Shown here: positions 1 to 9,426 of the stretch, in pieces
Layout of the letters: every line of letters starts with the position of its first letter
Position numbering within the stretch: the first letter of the stretch is position 1
IMG/VR virus record: IMGVR_UViG_3300032309_002624
Span: 1 to 64,000 of that record
Direction: 5' to 3' (one strand)
Source: a virus
DNA length: 64,000 nt
The notes under the pieces: model-generated
What the model saw: only the letters and a program-made list of their open reading frames with translations
Told to the model about the DNA's origin: nothing
Database searches by the model: none
Position numbers and translations under genes: made by a program

Positions 1-1362
1 AAAGACCTTTACGATAGATTCTACGAAGGTAACGAACCAGCATTAGACCCACCAGGTTTATTTGACTATTCTAAAGGACAATATTCTGCAATCTCTGCTA
101 ACGTAACAACTGTGGCATGGTTAGCTGATAACTTAGTACCTTCAGCGTACACATTAGATAACTACAGAAAGGTTCTTATTGTATTATCAGGTTTCGCTAG
201 TGACGGTGCTGGCAAATTAATTGGTCCTGACGGTCAACCAATGGATAACGAAGCTTTCTTATCTGACTTGACAATCAAAGGTGCGGCTGGTAACGCTTAC
301 ACTTCAGGAAACACTAACAACCCTTATTTATTCAGAGTTGTAACTCAAAGATATGGTAAAGGTATTGTTGAGTATGGTAACAACAACTCTACGTTGATAT
401 TCCCTAACAGTAAAACTGACGGTGGTCAATATGACAACTTATGTGATGCTGAAGGTAAAATCTACTTAGAGGTTGATTTACAAGTACCAGTATGTATCAC
501 TTGTGGTGGTTCATTAGATGGTTATACAGGTTCAACATTTGCGTCAACAATTGCAACTAATTCTCAAGCGTTTACAGGTTCTTATAGAATCTATAAAAAC
601 TTAGAATTCGAAGATAGAATTGGTGAGGTTTCATTTGACCTTATGTCAGTAACAGTTTCTGTAACTGAAAGAAAATTAAGAGCACAATGGTCTCCAGAAA
701 TGGCACAAGACGTTGCGGCTTTCCACAACATCGATGCTGAAGCTGAATTAACAGCTTTATTATCTGAGCAAGTTGCGGCTGAAATCGATAGAGAAATCTT
801 GAGAGACCTTAGAAAAGGTGCGGCTTGGAACTTAAGATGGGATTACAACGGTTGGAAGAGATTAGGTTCTTCTGCTGTTCCTTACACTCAGAAAGACTGG
901 AACCAAACGCTTATCACAGCTATCAACCAAATTTCAGCTCAAATCCACAAATCTACCTTAAGAGGTGGAGCAAACTGGATTGTTGTATCTTCTGAAATCA
1001 GTGCTATTTTTGATGACTTGGAATATTTCCACGTTTCAAACGCAGCTCCTGAGCAAGACCAATACAACATGGGTATTGAAAGAGTTGGTACTTTAGCAGG
1101 TCGTTACCAAGTGTATAGAGACCCTTACTTCCCACCAAACCAAGTGTTAATGGGTCACAAAGGTACATCTTTACTTGATACAGGTTACATCTACGCACCG
1201 TACGTACCTCTACAATTAACTCCTACTATGTACAATCCGTTCAACTTCACTCCAATCAAAGGTATCATGACTAGATACGCTAAGAAGATGGTGAATAACA
1301 GATTCTACGGTAGAATCACAGTTGATGGTGTTAGAACTTTCGACTTAAGAGAATTGAGATAA
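1..1362 (+). CDS. gp23: Major capsid protein, T4 gp23-like (5' end lies upstream of the window)
   Basis: Frame 1 is open from base 1. The C-terminal half has gp23 hallmarks: RKLRAQWSPEMAQD, HNIDAEAEL, EIDREIL, GYIYAPYVPL, GIMTRYAKK. Confidence 0.95.
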   Translation, partial: KDLYDRFYEGNEPALDPPGLFDYSKGQYSAISANVTTVAWLADNLVPSAYTLDNYRKVLIVLSGFASDGAGKLIGPDGQPMDNEAFLSDLTIKGAAGNAYTSGNTNNPYLFRVVTQRYGKGIVEYGNNNSTLIFPNSKTDGGQYDNLCDAEGKIYLEVDLQVPVCITCGGSLDGYTGSTFASTIATNSQAFTGSYRIYKNLEFEDRIGEVSFDLMSVTVSVTERKLRAQWSPEMAQDVAAFHNIDAEAELTALLSEQVAAEIDREILRDLRKGAAWNLRWDYNGWKRLGSSAVPYTQKDWNQTLITAINQISAQIHKSTLRGGANWIVVSSEISAIFDDLEYFHVSNAAPEQDQYNMGIERVGTLAGRYQVYRDPYFPPNQVLMGHKGTSLLDTGYIYAPYVPLQLTPTMYNPFNFTPIKGIMTRYAKKMVNNRFYGRITVDGVRTFDLRELR

Positions 1363-1380
1363 TCAATTATCTAACCATAC

Positions 1381-1410
1381 AAAAGGGTCCTCACAAGGGA
1401 CCCTTTTTTT
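1381..1410 (+). terminator. Intrinsic terminator after the capsid gene
   Basis: AAAAGGGTCC-7 nt-GGACCCTTTT followed by a T run. Confidence 0.9.
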
Positions 1411-1420
1411 GTTATACGTA

Positions 1421-1427
1421 TATTTAT
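1421..1427 (+). promoter_or_regulatory. Putative late promoter TATTTAT
   Basis: Recurrent motif, 17 nt upstream of ATG 1445. Confidence 0.65.
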
Positions 1428-1444
1428 AAATAAAGTTTTACAAC

Positions 1445-2638
1445 ATGATTAAACAGACATGGAATATCAACGCGGATGAAAGGGTTAGAATCTTAAAACT
1501 TCATGAAAACGCCACAAAGAATTTATATTTAGTATCAGAACAAAATCCAGTGCAAGGACCTAATCCAAACGTTGTTCTTAATCAAGATGAAAATTATATA
1601 TATTTTTTATCACAACCAAATTTTGCGGTTACCGCCGACTACGTAGATTGGAAAAAGGATTATTTTGTATATGCATCAGATGGTGAAAACTCATATCAAA
1701 CAACTATTACATCTAAAGATGAAAAAGGTAGACCAACAAAAGTTGAAGTTTTAAAAGACAAGATTCTTCCCGATATGAGAAAGAACGAGTTTGTATTCAA
1801 TATGGTTAAATTACCAAAGAAAGAGGGTAATTATAATTACACATATGGTAACGAAATAACAAAGAGTGCATTTCTTTATCAAGCTCAGGAAGCAAGTGGT
1901 TTGAAAATGAATGTAAGATATTTTGCGGTTACTTGGTACAACGGAAAACCAATAACGGTTGCAATATCAGTAGAAGGTGGTCTATATGGAAAAGAAAACA
2001 GGATTGACTACGATGATTTAGAACTTTATTCTGAAACTCCATTCAATCCTTATACTGATGTATTTGTTAGTAAAAAACTTGGAGCTTTCTCCTTGATAAT
2101 GCCCACGTTGGTTTCATCATATCCTGTATCTATAGGGACTTCTCAACCACAAAAACCTAACGAAACCCCAGGAAAGAAACCCACCCCGCCACCACAACCT
2201 GTACCTTTAGGTGATAAATTTATGGATAATGTATCTATGCCAACTGCAGATGCTATCCTAAAAGACCCCAAGTTTATTGAGTTTAAAAAGTTTGTCGAGG
2301 GTAATGATATGTCTAAATTTGTATTCGACATTCAGTCATCTGCATCAAAATGTAGCGCAGGTTTTAAAGAATCAAATAAAGCAAACGGAAAGTGGAGTGA
2401 AGACAAATCCACTTATCCTGACGTTACTGTTGACTCACAAGCAGATAAAAATGATTTGGGTAATTTGAATTTAACCAAGGCAAGAGCACAAAATCTTAAG
2501 AACTTTTTGATTGCAAATGTACCAAAACTTAAAGACGCTAAATTTAGAGTTATTGCTCAAGGTTCTAAGGGTAAATGTGGGACTGAGGAAGAAAATAAGG
2601 AGTTTAGAAGAGTTGACCTTACGGTAACCGCCCTTTAA
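1445..2638 (+). CDS. Protein with C-terminal OmpA-like peptidoglycan-binding domain
   Basis: NLNLTKARAQNLKNFL...IAQG...EFRRVDLTV resembles the OmpA_C motifs N..LS..RA and NRRV; preceded by a Pro-rich linker. Confidence 0.6.
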   Translation: MIKQTWNINADERVRILKLHENATKNLYLVSEQNPVQGPNPNVVLNQDENYIYFLSQPNFAVTADYVDWKKDYFVYASDGENSYQTTITSKDEKGRPTKVEVLKDKILPDMRKNEFVFNMVKLPKKEGNYNYTYGNEITKSAFLYQAQEASGLKMNVRYFAVTWYNGKPITVAISVEGGLYGKENRIDYDDLELYSETPFNPYTDVFVSKKLGAFSLIMPTLVSSYPVSIGTSQPQKPNETPGKKPTPPPQPVPLGDKFMDNVSMPTADAILKDPKFIEFKKFVEGNDMSKFVFDIQSSASKCSAGFKESNKANGKWSEDKSTYPDVTVDSQADKNDLGNLNLTKARAQNLKNFLIANVPKLKDAKFRVIAQGSKGKCGTEEENKEFRRVDLTVTAL

Positions 2639-3101
2639 TCTTCTCAGCAATAAGTACTTCCATTTCATAACGGTCAGAATATTCTTTCACATAGGGTGTA
2701 AAATATAAATCTGAATTTACATGAAATATTTCAAAGTATTTACAACCACCCCACTTCACGTCGGAATTCTTGTATTGTACATAACAAACACTTTGAACTC
2801 TCATTTTTGTCTTATCTAACTTACTAAACTGATAAGTGTCCAAAAACTTTAATGAATTAATCTGTCTATAGTAAGTAAGAATGTAATTCTTGTAATCTTC
2901 CAATAACTTATTGATAGGTGTAAATTTTTCAACGTCTATAAGTTTATATTCGAATTCAACATTCAATCCATACTTTTTCATTTGTTCGATATCTTCAGAG
3001 GCTTTCACTTCATTCAGATAATACACGTATCCTTTATTCTGAGAATGAGACACTAAAGATACAAATACAAGTAGTAGGGTTAGGATATATTTCATATTCA
3101 T
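2619..3101 (-). CDS. Secreted hypothetical protein with signal peptide (start revised from 3263 to 3101)
   Basis: MNMKYILTLLLVFVSLVSHS|Q is a typical signal peptide; a consensus Bacteroidota promoter lies just upstream of ATG 3101. Confidence 0.7.
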   Translation of the reverse strand: MNMKYILTLLLVFVSLVSHSQNKGYVYYLNEVKASEDIEQMKKYGLNVEFEYKLIDVEKFTPINKLLEDYKNYILTYYRQINSLKFLDTYQFSKLDKTKMRVQSVCYVQYKNSDVKWGGCKYFEIFHVNSDLYFTPYVKEYSDRYEMEVLIAEKIKGRLP

Positions 3102-3109
3102 AGTTTTTA

Positions 3110-3140
3110 CAAAGATAATAAAATAATTGTTTTCAACAAA
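3110..3140 (-). promoter_or_regulatory. Bacteroidota-type housekeeping promoter (-33/-7)
   Basis: Minus strand reads TTTG-N19-TATCTTTG, an exact match to TTTG-N19-21-TAnnTTTG. Confidence 0.75.
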
Positions 3141-3169
3141 AAAATTTATTGTATAATTATATATAGATT

Positions 3170-3248
3170 TTAGTTTATCAGTCCCCAGTCTCAATGGCTG
3201 TAGAGTATTCACGGATACAAAGGTATTGGTAACGTAGTCATAAGCTAA
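3170..3248 (+). ncRNA. Candidate structured 5' leader RNA
   Basis: Closing stem TTAGTTTAT/ATAAGCTAA encloses hairpins CAGTC-TCAAT-GGCTG and GTATT-CACG-GATAC; GC-richer than the flanking intergenic DNA. Confidence 0.35.
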
Positions 3249-3264
3249 TATAAAATTAAACAAA

Positions 3265-4074
3265 ATGAATTACGCAACACAAGTGGGCAAGCCGACTGCG
3301 CACATCACAAAGAAAAAGTCACGTCTTAAGGTTTATAACGGCCACATTGTCTTCTTAAATGATAAAGACAATTTTGAATTCGAAATTCACAATCCTAAAC
3401 AAAAATCGGTTCTCTGTAAGATTAAATTGAATGGTGAATACATTTCTACAAGTGGTATTGTATTAAGACCAGGTCAGAGGGTCTTTTTAGAACGTTTCCT
3501 TGACTCTAATAACAAGTTTGAGTTCAGTACCTATAAAGTGAAAGACACGTCTGAAAACAGGTCTGCAATCGATTTAAATGGGGACGTATTAGTTGAGTTC
3601 TACGATGAACAAGAACCTATCAGAAATAACTTCTATTTAGGAGGCACCGTAACTCTCTCTAATCCTTTGTACTATGGTACAACAATTAACACTACAGGAG
3701 GTGTCGGATATGGAACAACAACTTCAACATATAATACATCGAATGTTAGTTATACGAGTTCTGTTATTCCGAATACTTTCAGAAGTAAATTTGACGTATC
3801 AAATACGTTGTTGAGTGGCAAACCTAATTCACTAAAGAAGAAAAGTAAGTCAATCGAAACAGGTAGGATTGAAAAAGGAGAACAATCTAATCAGAACTTT
3901 ACCAATTCATATGAACAATTTAATTATTACACATCTCACACAATTAAATTTAAGATTCAACCAACAAGTACAAAAAATATTAACGTTGAAGAAATTAGAC
4001 AATATTGTACTGAGTGTGGGGTCAAGGTGAAAAAGAACTTTAAGTTCTGTCCATCTTGTGGAAACAAATTATAA
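3265..4074 (+). CDS. Hypothetical protein with C-terminal zinc ribbon
   Basis: Ends in CTECG...FCPSCG. Confidence 0.75.
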   Translation: MNYATQVGKPTAHITKKKSRLKVYNGHIVFLNDKDNFEFEIHNPKQKSVLCKIKLNGEYISTSGIVLRPGQRVFLERFLDSNNKFEFSTYKVKDTSENRSAIDLNGDVLVEFYDEQEPIRNNFYLGGTVTLSNPLYYGTTINTTGGVGYGTTTSTYNTSNVSYTSSVIPNTFRSKFDVSNTLLSGKPNSLKKKSKSIETGRIEKGEQSNQNFTNSYEQFNYYTSHTIKFKIQPTSTKNINVEEIRQYCTECGVKVKKNFKFCPSCGNKL

Positions 4075-4108
4075 ATAAAAAAGGACCCCGTGAGGTCCTT
4101 TTTTTATT
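4074..4108. terminator. Bidirectional intrinsic terminator
   Basis: AAAAAAGGACC-CCGTGA-GGTCCTTTTTT between convergent genes. Confidence 0.9.
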
Positions 4109-4337
4109 CTTCAGTTTGGTCTTCCGTAAAGTGTTTATTCATTATTCTTAGTGATTTTGAAACTATTTCTGACTCCTGTAAAGTGAATAATCTAGATTTA
4201 TGAGCGAACTCTAACGCTTGAATCATCATGTAATATGCTTGTTCAAAATTCATATCATCACATAAAGTGTTTATATCGTTTGGAGTGTAATAAGCAACAC
4301 TGTCAAAAAGTAATCCTAAAGGTTGTTTCTCTGTCAT
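4104..4337 (-). CDS. Hypothetical protein
   Basis: 77-aa ORF with ATG filling the gap, ending at the terminator. Confidence 0.65.
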   Translation of the reverse strand: MTEKQPLGLLFDSVAYYTPNDINTLCDDMNFEQAYYMMIQALEFAHKSRLFTLQESEIVSKSLRIMNKHFTEDQTEE

Positions 4338-4355
4338 AATTCTAATCTATTTGTA

Positions 4356-4362
4356 TATTTAT
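4356..4362 (+). promoter_or_regulatory. Putative late promoter TATTTAT
   Basis: Motif 13 nt upstream of ATG 4376. Confidence 0.6.
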
Positions 4363-4375
4363 TATAGTAAATAAT

Positions 4376-5053
4376 ATGAAAAAAAATACACTTAAGGAAG
4401 CGACAGGTTCGGGTAGTTCAGGAAAATTTAAGGTACCAATTGTACTTGCACCACAACCATGGGAAGAAAATCAGTTAGCACCGTTCACCGACCGACTATA
4501 TTCGTATACAAATGCTGAATTAGCGTATGAGGAGGCTGATGGAGATTTTAAAGAATCACCAGAAAAAAGAGCCCAAATTGAAAAAAGAACTAAAGGTTTA
4601 TCTAAAGCAACAGAATACTTGAAAAAGTTTTATACAGGACAAAATGATGAAGAGGGTTCCGCTGTGAATCCAACTATGAGTGGACTTCCATTGAAAGAAG
4701 AATTTTTAAAAGAGGATTTGGCGGTTTGGTTCGGAACAAAGAAAAAACCAAAAGGTAGTAAACAACCTAAAGGTCCTTGGGTTAATATTTGTAGGAAAAA
4801 AAAGGGAGGAGGTCATCCTCCTTGTGGTAGACCTGAGGCTAGTGACAAAGGTTATCCTAAATGTAGAGCCGCTGGAGTTGCAAGTAAAATGAGTGACTCC
4901 CAAAAACGTTCAGCGTGTCAACAGAAAAGAAAGGCCGAGAAAACAAATCCAAAATCCGGTACGGGCAACAAACCAAAAATGGTTTCATACAAACCCAAAA
5001 ACGAAACAATTAAAGAAACAATCAAAAGAGTTCTGAAAGAACATTTTAATTAA
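4376..5053 (+). CDS. Basic hypothetical protein, possible internal head protein
   Basis: Lys-rich WVNIC...PCGR...YPKCR module; several L/I-K-E sites. Confidence 0.7.
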   Translation: MKKNTLKEATGSGSSGKFKVPIVLAPQPWEENQLAPFTDRLYSYTNAELAYEEADGDFKESPEKRAQIEKRTKGLSKATEYLKKFYTGQNDEEGSAVNPTMSGLPLKEEFLKEDLAVWFGTKKKPKGSKQPKGPWVNICRKKKGGGHPPCGRPEASDKGYPKCRAAGVASKMSDSQKRSACQQKRKAEKTNPKSGTGNKPKMVSYKPKNETIKETIKRVLKEHFN

Positions 5054-5465
5054 GATTGTTCAAGATACTCTGTAATGAGTGTTTAATATTACGTCTAATT
5101 TCGTCTTGAATATTTTGTCTTTCTTCTTCTAAAATTGAGTCAAATTTCTTTATCAATTTAGTGTACGAGGAGTGTTCTTGTACGTATACTGTGTAAGAGT
5201 AAACATGATTTGTGATGTTAATTGTATGATTGTTAATCACAACGAACATTTGTTTATCTTCGTTTACTATGAATCTACTTTCTGATACAGGTGCGAAAGT
5301 TAATTTTGACGAAAGATTTTCCAAAAGTTTCATGCATATTTGAAGAGAATACTTCTCCTCGTCCGTAATTTTTGGAGATTGGTCAAATCTATCTTTCAGT
5401 TTGAGATAAAATCTGAATAATAATTTTGTGAAATATCCCACTGTTCTTTTGTCTTCTTTTTCCAT
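5046..5465 (-). CDS. Hypothetical protein (probably early)
   Basis: 139-aa ORF directly preceded by TATATTTG. Confidence 0.7.
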   Translation of the reverse strand: MEKEDKRTVGYFTKLLFRFYLKLKDRFDQSPKITDEEKYSLQICMKLLENLSSKLTFAPVSESRFIVNEDKQMFVVINNHTINITNHVYSYTVYVQEHSSYTKLIKKFDSILEEERQNIQDEIRRNIKHSLQSILNNLN

Positions 5466-5469
5466 ACGA

Positions 5470-5500
5470 CAAATATAGGGGAAAAAAAATTAATTAACAA
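5470..5500 (-). promoter_or_regulatory. Bacteroidota-type housekeeping promoter
   Basis: Minus strand TTG-N20-TATATTTG, ending 4 nt before ATG 5465. Confidence 0.7.
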
Positions 5501-5961
5501 TATGCGCCTGAACAATGTTTTTTTCCATCTAATCCTGGCATTTTACCTTTACACACTTGAACTGCATATCCATTAGCATATGCTGATGGGTAAACTTTAA
5601 ATTTAGATTTTGCTGCGGATTTCCCTCTGGCACAAAGTTTAGTTCCTGTTTTTTTTCTTCCCTCGTTGATGTCTTCGTAATCAACGTACTCTTCTCTTTT
5701 ATTTTTTTCATTCATTATGAAGTCAAAAACTTGGTCCATATTTGTTTTGGCTTCCGTTACATGGTCATCGGCCCAATCGTGACCGTCTTTGATAATCTCG
5801 TCAATCATCATAGGGTCCATATCCAATAACATTTGACATTGTCTTGCCATTTGTTTTAGATTACTGAAAAACATATAATTTTCAGGTTCTTGCTGTTCTC
5901 TAAGAACTTTTTGTACCAAATGGTTCAAATCTTTTTCTGTTAATTTTACTATTTTATTCAT
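5494..5961 (-). CDS. Putative internal head protein with KIVKLTE leader
   Basis: N-terminus MNKIVKLTEKDLNHLVQKVLREQ; C-terminal basic KFKVYPSAYANGY motif (DUF5872-like, tentative). Confidence 0.7.
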   Translation of the reverse strand: MNKIVKLTEKDLNHLVQKVLREQQEPENYMFFSNLKQMARQCQMLLDMDPMMIDEIIKDGHDWADDHVTEAKTNMDQVFDFIMNEKNKREEYVDYEDINEGRKKTGTKLCARGKSAAKSKFKVYPSAYANGYAVQVCKGKMPGLDGKKHCSGAYC

Positions 5962-5962
5962 A

Positions 5963-6364
5963 TTATTTCCAGCTGTCTAAGTTTAATGTTTTTATTTGAT
6001 TTAAAATTCGTTCATTTATATCAGAATATTTTCTAAAATGATAAAGTGAATTATCAATTAGGTTAACAATTGCATCTTTTCTTTGTTGTGGCATGTTTAA
6101 TGAAGAAACTTTTGTTCTTAGTTGTTTTAACTCCAACATAACCTTTTCGTTTGGAACATCTAAATTTTTTAATTTTCTAACAAGGTTTTCTAGTTTACTC
6201 ATATTTTGAAAATAATCTGCTCCGTAACCTCTTTTAACTCCTTTAACCCCTCTATATAAATCTTTAACACCATCAAAGATTCCTTCTTCAACCTCCTGTT
6301 CGGAGATTACTTTTTTTACCAATCTATTTAAATCTGATTCAGTTAATTTTACTATTTTACTCAT
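5963..6364 (-). CDS. Putative internal head protein with KIVKLTE leader
   Basis: N-terminus MSKIVKLTESDLNRLVKKVISEQ nearly identical to that of its neighbour. Confidence 0.7.
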   Translation of the reverse strand: MSKIVKLTESDLNRLVKKVISEQEVEEGIFDGVKDLYRGVKGVKRGYGADYFQNMSKLENLVRKLKNLDVPNEKVMLELKQLRTKVSSLNMPQQRKDAIVNLIDNSLYHFRKYSDINERILNQIKTLNLDSWK

Positions 6365-7869
6365 GATTGTTTTGTGTTTACGATATTGAACGTTAATTGT
6401 CTTTTATAAGTATCTTTCTCTCCTGAAGTGTTCACCTGAATATCAACATAATATTGATTTGGGATTTTATCTCTCATATCAAAAATGAAATAATACTCAT
6501 TTGGAGTTCGGTTTACTGGTGTCCAATCTTGAACCAAAACTTCAGTAGTTCCTTCCATTACATAAACACGATAGAAAGACGACACATCTAATAACACTTG
6601 TTGTCCTGTGTAAGCCTTCTTTATTGTTACACCTACCTTACGAATGTCTGAGTTTAAAATCTTTTCGTTTTGTAATATACCATAGAAATTAAAACCATAC
6701 ACTTCAGGGTCTTTTGATACCGCCCCTATTTGTATTCCTGATGTATAAGGAAGTAATGTAAATTGATTTGTGACATTAGGTATAGATTGTCCATTAATGG
6801 TTAATCCTGACCAAACATCATAAAATAAACATGGCGTTGGATAGTTTGAAAATCCATTAGGTACCACAACTTCATAAACACCTTTAGTTCTCAAACATGT
6901 AGATATGGAAGCCATACCACTTATTGCATCACCATTTCTGTCTTCAATTCTGACATAAGGAGTTGAATCCAAATTAACTAAATCACCATTTTGATAAACA
7001 TATAAGAATAATTTGTTTTCTTGATTTTTAAGAAACTGTAATCTGTCGTCTTGAATTAAGTCGTTGTAGTTTGTTAATAGATATGGTTGATAAAATGTTT
7101 GTGTGTGTCTTGAGAAAAACGCAACACTATAACTGTCGGTAAGACCTGTTATGTTTTCTATTTGAGGAAGATATGCCAGACCCCAACCTGTAACACCAGT
7201 AATAGACCCGTTCAATACGCCATTTATTTCATTGGTCATATCCATATCAAGGTCCTCGTTTCCGAGTTCGAAGTGTTGTCTTGCAACAATAGTAAGACCC
7301 GAGTAGTTTACCGTACCTTCGTTTTTGTTATTGTATATACCGTTTTGAGACCAACCAGATATTGTTGTAGTTTGATACCAGTTAGATGGTCTCGTTGAGT
7401 ATGCTCTACTATCAACATATGTTAATGGAGAGATACCACCATTGGCACTGTTTTGAGCAATATTAAAATCATTGTAATCATATCCAACACCTTCGTCCCA
7501 TAATTGTGGACCACCAGTGTTTCCTGAAATTTGTGGAATTCTAAATAAGATTAAATCGAATGATGTTGCTCTTCTTCTTTCGTTAGACATAAATGAATTT
7601 AATAATTCATTATCAAACGAAGATGTATTTGTCATTTTTAATGTGTGAGTCATAGCTGAGGTACAACCTGTAGAAATGACACCTGAAGAAATGTTTTCTT
7701 CTAATAAAGATAAATCTAAATCAAAGATAAATCTTGTGTAACCAAAGTTCGGAACAATCAAATCCGAAGCACCAAAATTTAACTCAATAACAGGGTTTCT
7801 TCCTGTATTAACATATGAGTTAGAAATAATGGTATTATTTTTATTTATGTAAGACCTAAGAATCGACAT
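6361..7869 (-). CDS. Putative virion structural protein
   Basis: 502 aa, S/T/N/G-rich beta-type composition, TATTTAT upstream, six [ST]GxT motifs. Confidence 0.6.
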   Translation of the reverse strand: MSILRSYINKNNTIISNSYVNTGRNPVIELNFGASDLIVPNFGYTRFIFDLDLSLLEENISSGVISTGCTSAMTHTLKMTNTSSFDNELLNSFMSNERRRATSFDLILFRIPQISGNTGGPQLWDEGVGYDYNDFNIAQNSANGGISPLTYVDSRAYSTRPSNWYQTTTISGWSQNGIYNNKNEGTVNYSGLTIVARQHFELGNEDLDMDMTNEINGVLNGSITGVTGWGLAYLPQIENITGLTDSYSVAFFSRHTQTFYQPYLLTNYNDLIQDDRLQFLKNQENKLFLYVYQNGDLVNLDSTPYVRIEDRNGDAISGMASISTCLRTKGVYEVVVPNGFSNYPTPCLFYDVWSGLTINGQSIPNVTNQFTLLPYTSGIQIGAVSKDPEVYGFNFYGILQNEKILNSDIRKVGVTIKKAYTGQQVLLDVSSFYRVYVMEGTTEVLVQDWTPVNRTPNEYYFIFDMRDKIPNQYYVDIQVNTSGEKDTYKRQLTFNIVNTKQS

Positions 7870-7896
7870 TTATCTTTTATCTTATAAATATCAATT
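7861..7896 (-). promoter_or_regulatory. Late promoter TATTTAT (7884-7890) inside a hairpin that sequesters the start codon
   Basis: Minus strand AATTGATATTTAT-10 nt-ATAAATGTCGATT, 13-bp stem including the ATG. Confidence 0.6.
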
Positions 7897-9426
7897 AAGT
7901 CGAATATTTCCGTTGAGTATCTTATTAGCGGCGTTTTGTAATTCAGTCAATATTGATTGAGCTTGGGTTCCGTCTTGTGTAACTTGTACTGGAGGTAACC
8001 CTGGATAGGCGTGAGTGTGAGTAATTAAAAATCTAACAATCAATCCAACTAACTCCAAAAGTTCTTCCCCTCTTACCATACTTGATGTCTTTGGTAAAAA
8101 TTCGTTGGTAAATTTTTCAGGAGTAATACCATATAGGGTATCGTCGAAATTAATTTTTCCTTTACCTGGTATTTGTGAATTGTGTGAAATTAAAAACAAT
8201 ATATCACTACCTAATGCACCATATGAAGATTCTTGATTGACATATCTTTGTTGTGGTGAAATTTTTTTCTTAGGGGTTCTCGGAATACCAACTTTACCTT
8301 TTGAGTAAATTAAACCTGACCCGCCAACCAAGGAAGGGTACAACTTTATCTTCCTGTCTATTGAACTAATATTTCTAACTTCTGCCGATGTTGCAGACGA
8401 ACCAGAAGGACTCGAAGGTTTCAATTTTGAATACATCAATGAATTTGGTCTATAAAAAATTGGGAACTTTGTTGATGAATTATTATCCTCAAAAAGTTTT
8501 ACTCCACTTGTTGTTACATTTTTGTCGTTACAAGTTTTGATGAAATTATTTATAAATCTTATAGTTTCTGTCATTGACAACATAGAAAAATTTTCAACGG
8601 CAACCAAAGTTTTTAAATTGTCTGAGATAACACTATCTCCCGAAATATTTTTAGAATTTACTGATGCATCAGGTTTTAGTTGATATAGATACACATCTCC
8701 TGTAAATTTATCTTGAGTGTTTTCAGGGTTAAGAATAACCCATTCTATAAGATATTTTGTCATGATAACATCTTCTTGTAACTCGTAATAAACTTTTGGT
8801 TCTAAGTTTTGTAAAATACTTTGGAATTTAGAAAGTTGTAAAAACCCTCTTTGTTGATTTGCAACAGGTATTACGTTCGGCTGAAGTTGAGCTCCTTTAA
8901 ATTTTCCCGCTCTAATCAAAACTTCATCTTGTTTGACTATAACATCCGCACTTCCTCTACCCATAATAGCATTATCACCTGGTTGTGGAAAAACTCCCTT
9001 ATGCACTGATTGGTCTGTAAAAGTACCATCTTGGTTTTTAAGCGGCTTAGGGTTTTTGATTTGCATACCCGTACCTGTAAATTTATTACCTCCGTAATAA
9101 AATTCCTTAAAGGTTGCTGTTGGGCTCGAAAAAGTGTTTTGTACGTAATATTGGTTTTGATATTGAAAATCTTTATTAACGAATATTACTTGTACTAATT
9201 CATCAACTTTTGGTACTGAATATACAAAATAAGGTAGAAGCGAGTTAAATACAAATGGGTCTCTTGATGTCCAAATATCTTTTTCCTCATTCCATGGCGG
9301 GTCACTAATACTCTTCAGAATATCATCATAATTGTCAATTAACCTAACTCCCCTGATTCTACCAAGCATCATTGGGTCTTCAATATTCAACACTCTACAC
9401 TGAAAAAATATTGTGTTATTTTCCAT
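7891..9426 (-). CDS. Baseplate hub / central spike-like protein (gp5 N-terminal OB-fold-like)
   Basis: CRVLNIEDPMMLGRIR...VPKVDELVQVIF resembles the gp5/VgrG OB fold; C-terminal THTH motif as in spike tips. Confidence 0.6.
   Translation of the reverse strand: MENNTIFFQCRVLNIEDPMMLGRIRGVRLIDNYDDILKSISDPPWNEEKDIWTSRDPFVFNSLLPYFVYSVPKVDELVQVIFVNKDFQYQNQYYVQNTFSSPTATFKEFYYGGNKFTGTGMQIKNPKPLKNQDGTFTDQSVHKGVFPQPGDNAIMGRGSADVIVKQDEVLIRAGKFKGAQLQPNVIPVANQQRGFLQLSKFQSILQNLEPKVYYELQEDVIMTKYLIEWVILNPENTQDKFTGDVYLYQLKPDASVNSKNISGDSVISDNLKTLVAVENFSMLSMTETIRFINNFIKTCNDKNVTTSGVKLFEDNNSSTKFPIFYRPNSLMYSKLKPSSPSGSSATSAEVRNISSIDRKIKLYPSLVGGSGLIYSKGKVGIPRTPKKKISPQQRYVNQESSYGALGSDILFLISHNSQIPGKGKINFDDTLYGITPEKFTNEFLPKTSSMVRGEELLELVGLIVRFLITHTHAYPGLPPVQVTQDGTQAQSILTELQNAANKILNGNIRLN

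Noticed and set aside
1425-1432. Canonical T4 late promoter TATAAATA
   Set aside because: It overlaps TATTTAT here by near-palindromy; at the other late genes only TATTTAT is on the sense strand.
3102-3263. N-terminal 54 codons of ORF 2619..3263
   Set aside because: They span a promoter and the leader of the divergent gene; the signal peptide begins at ATG 3101.
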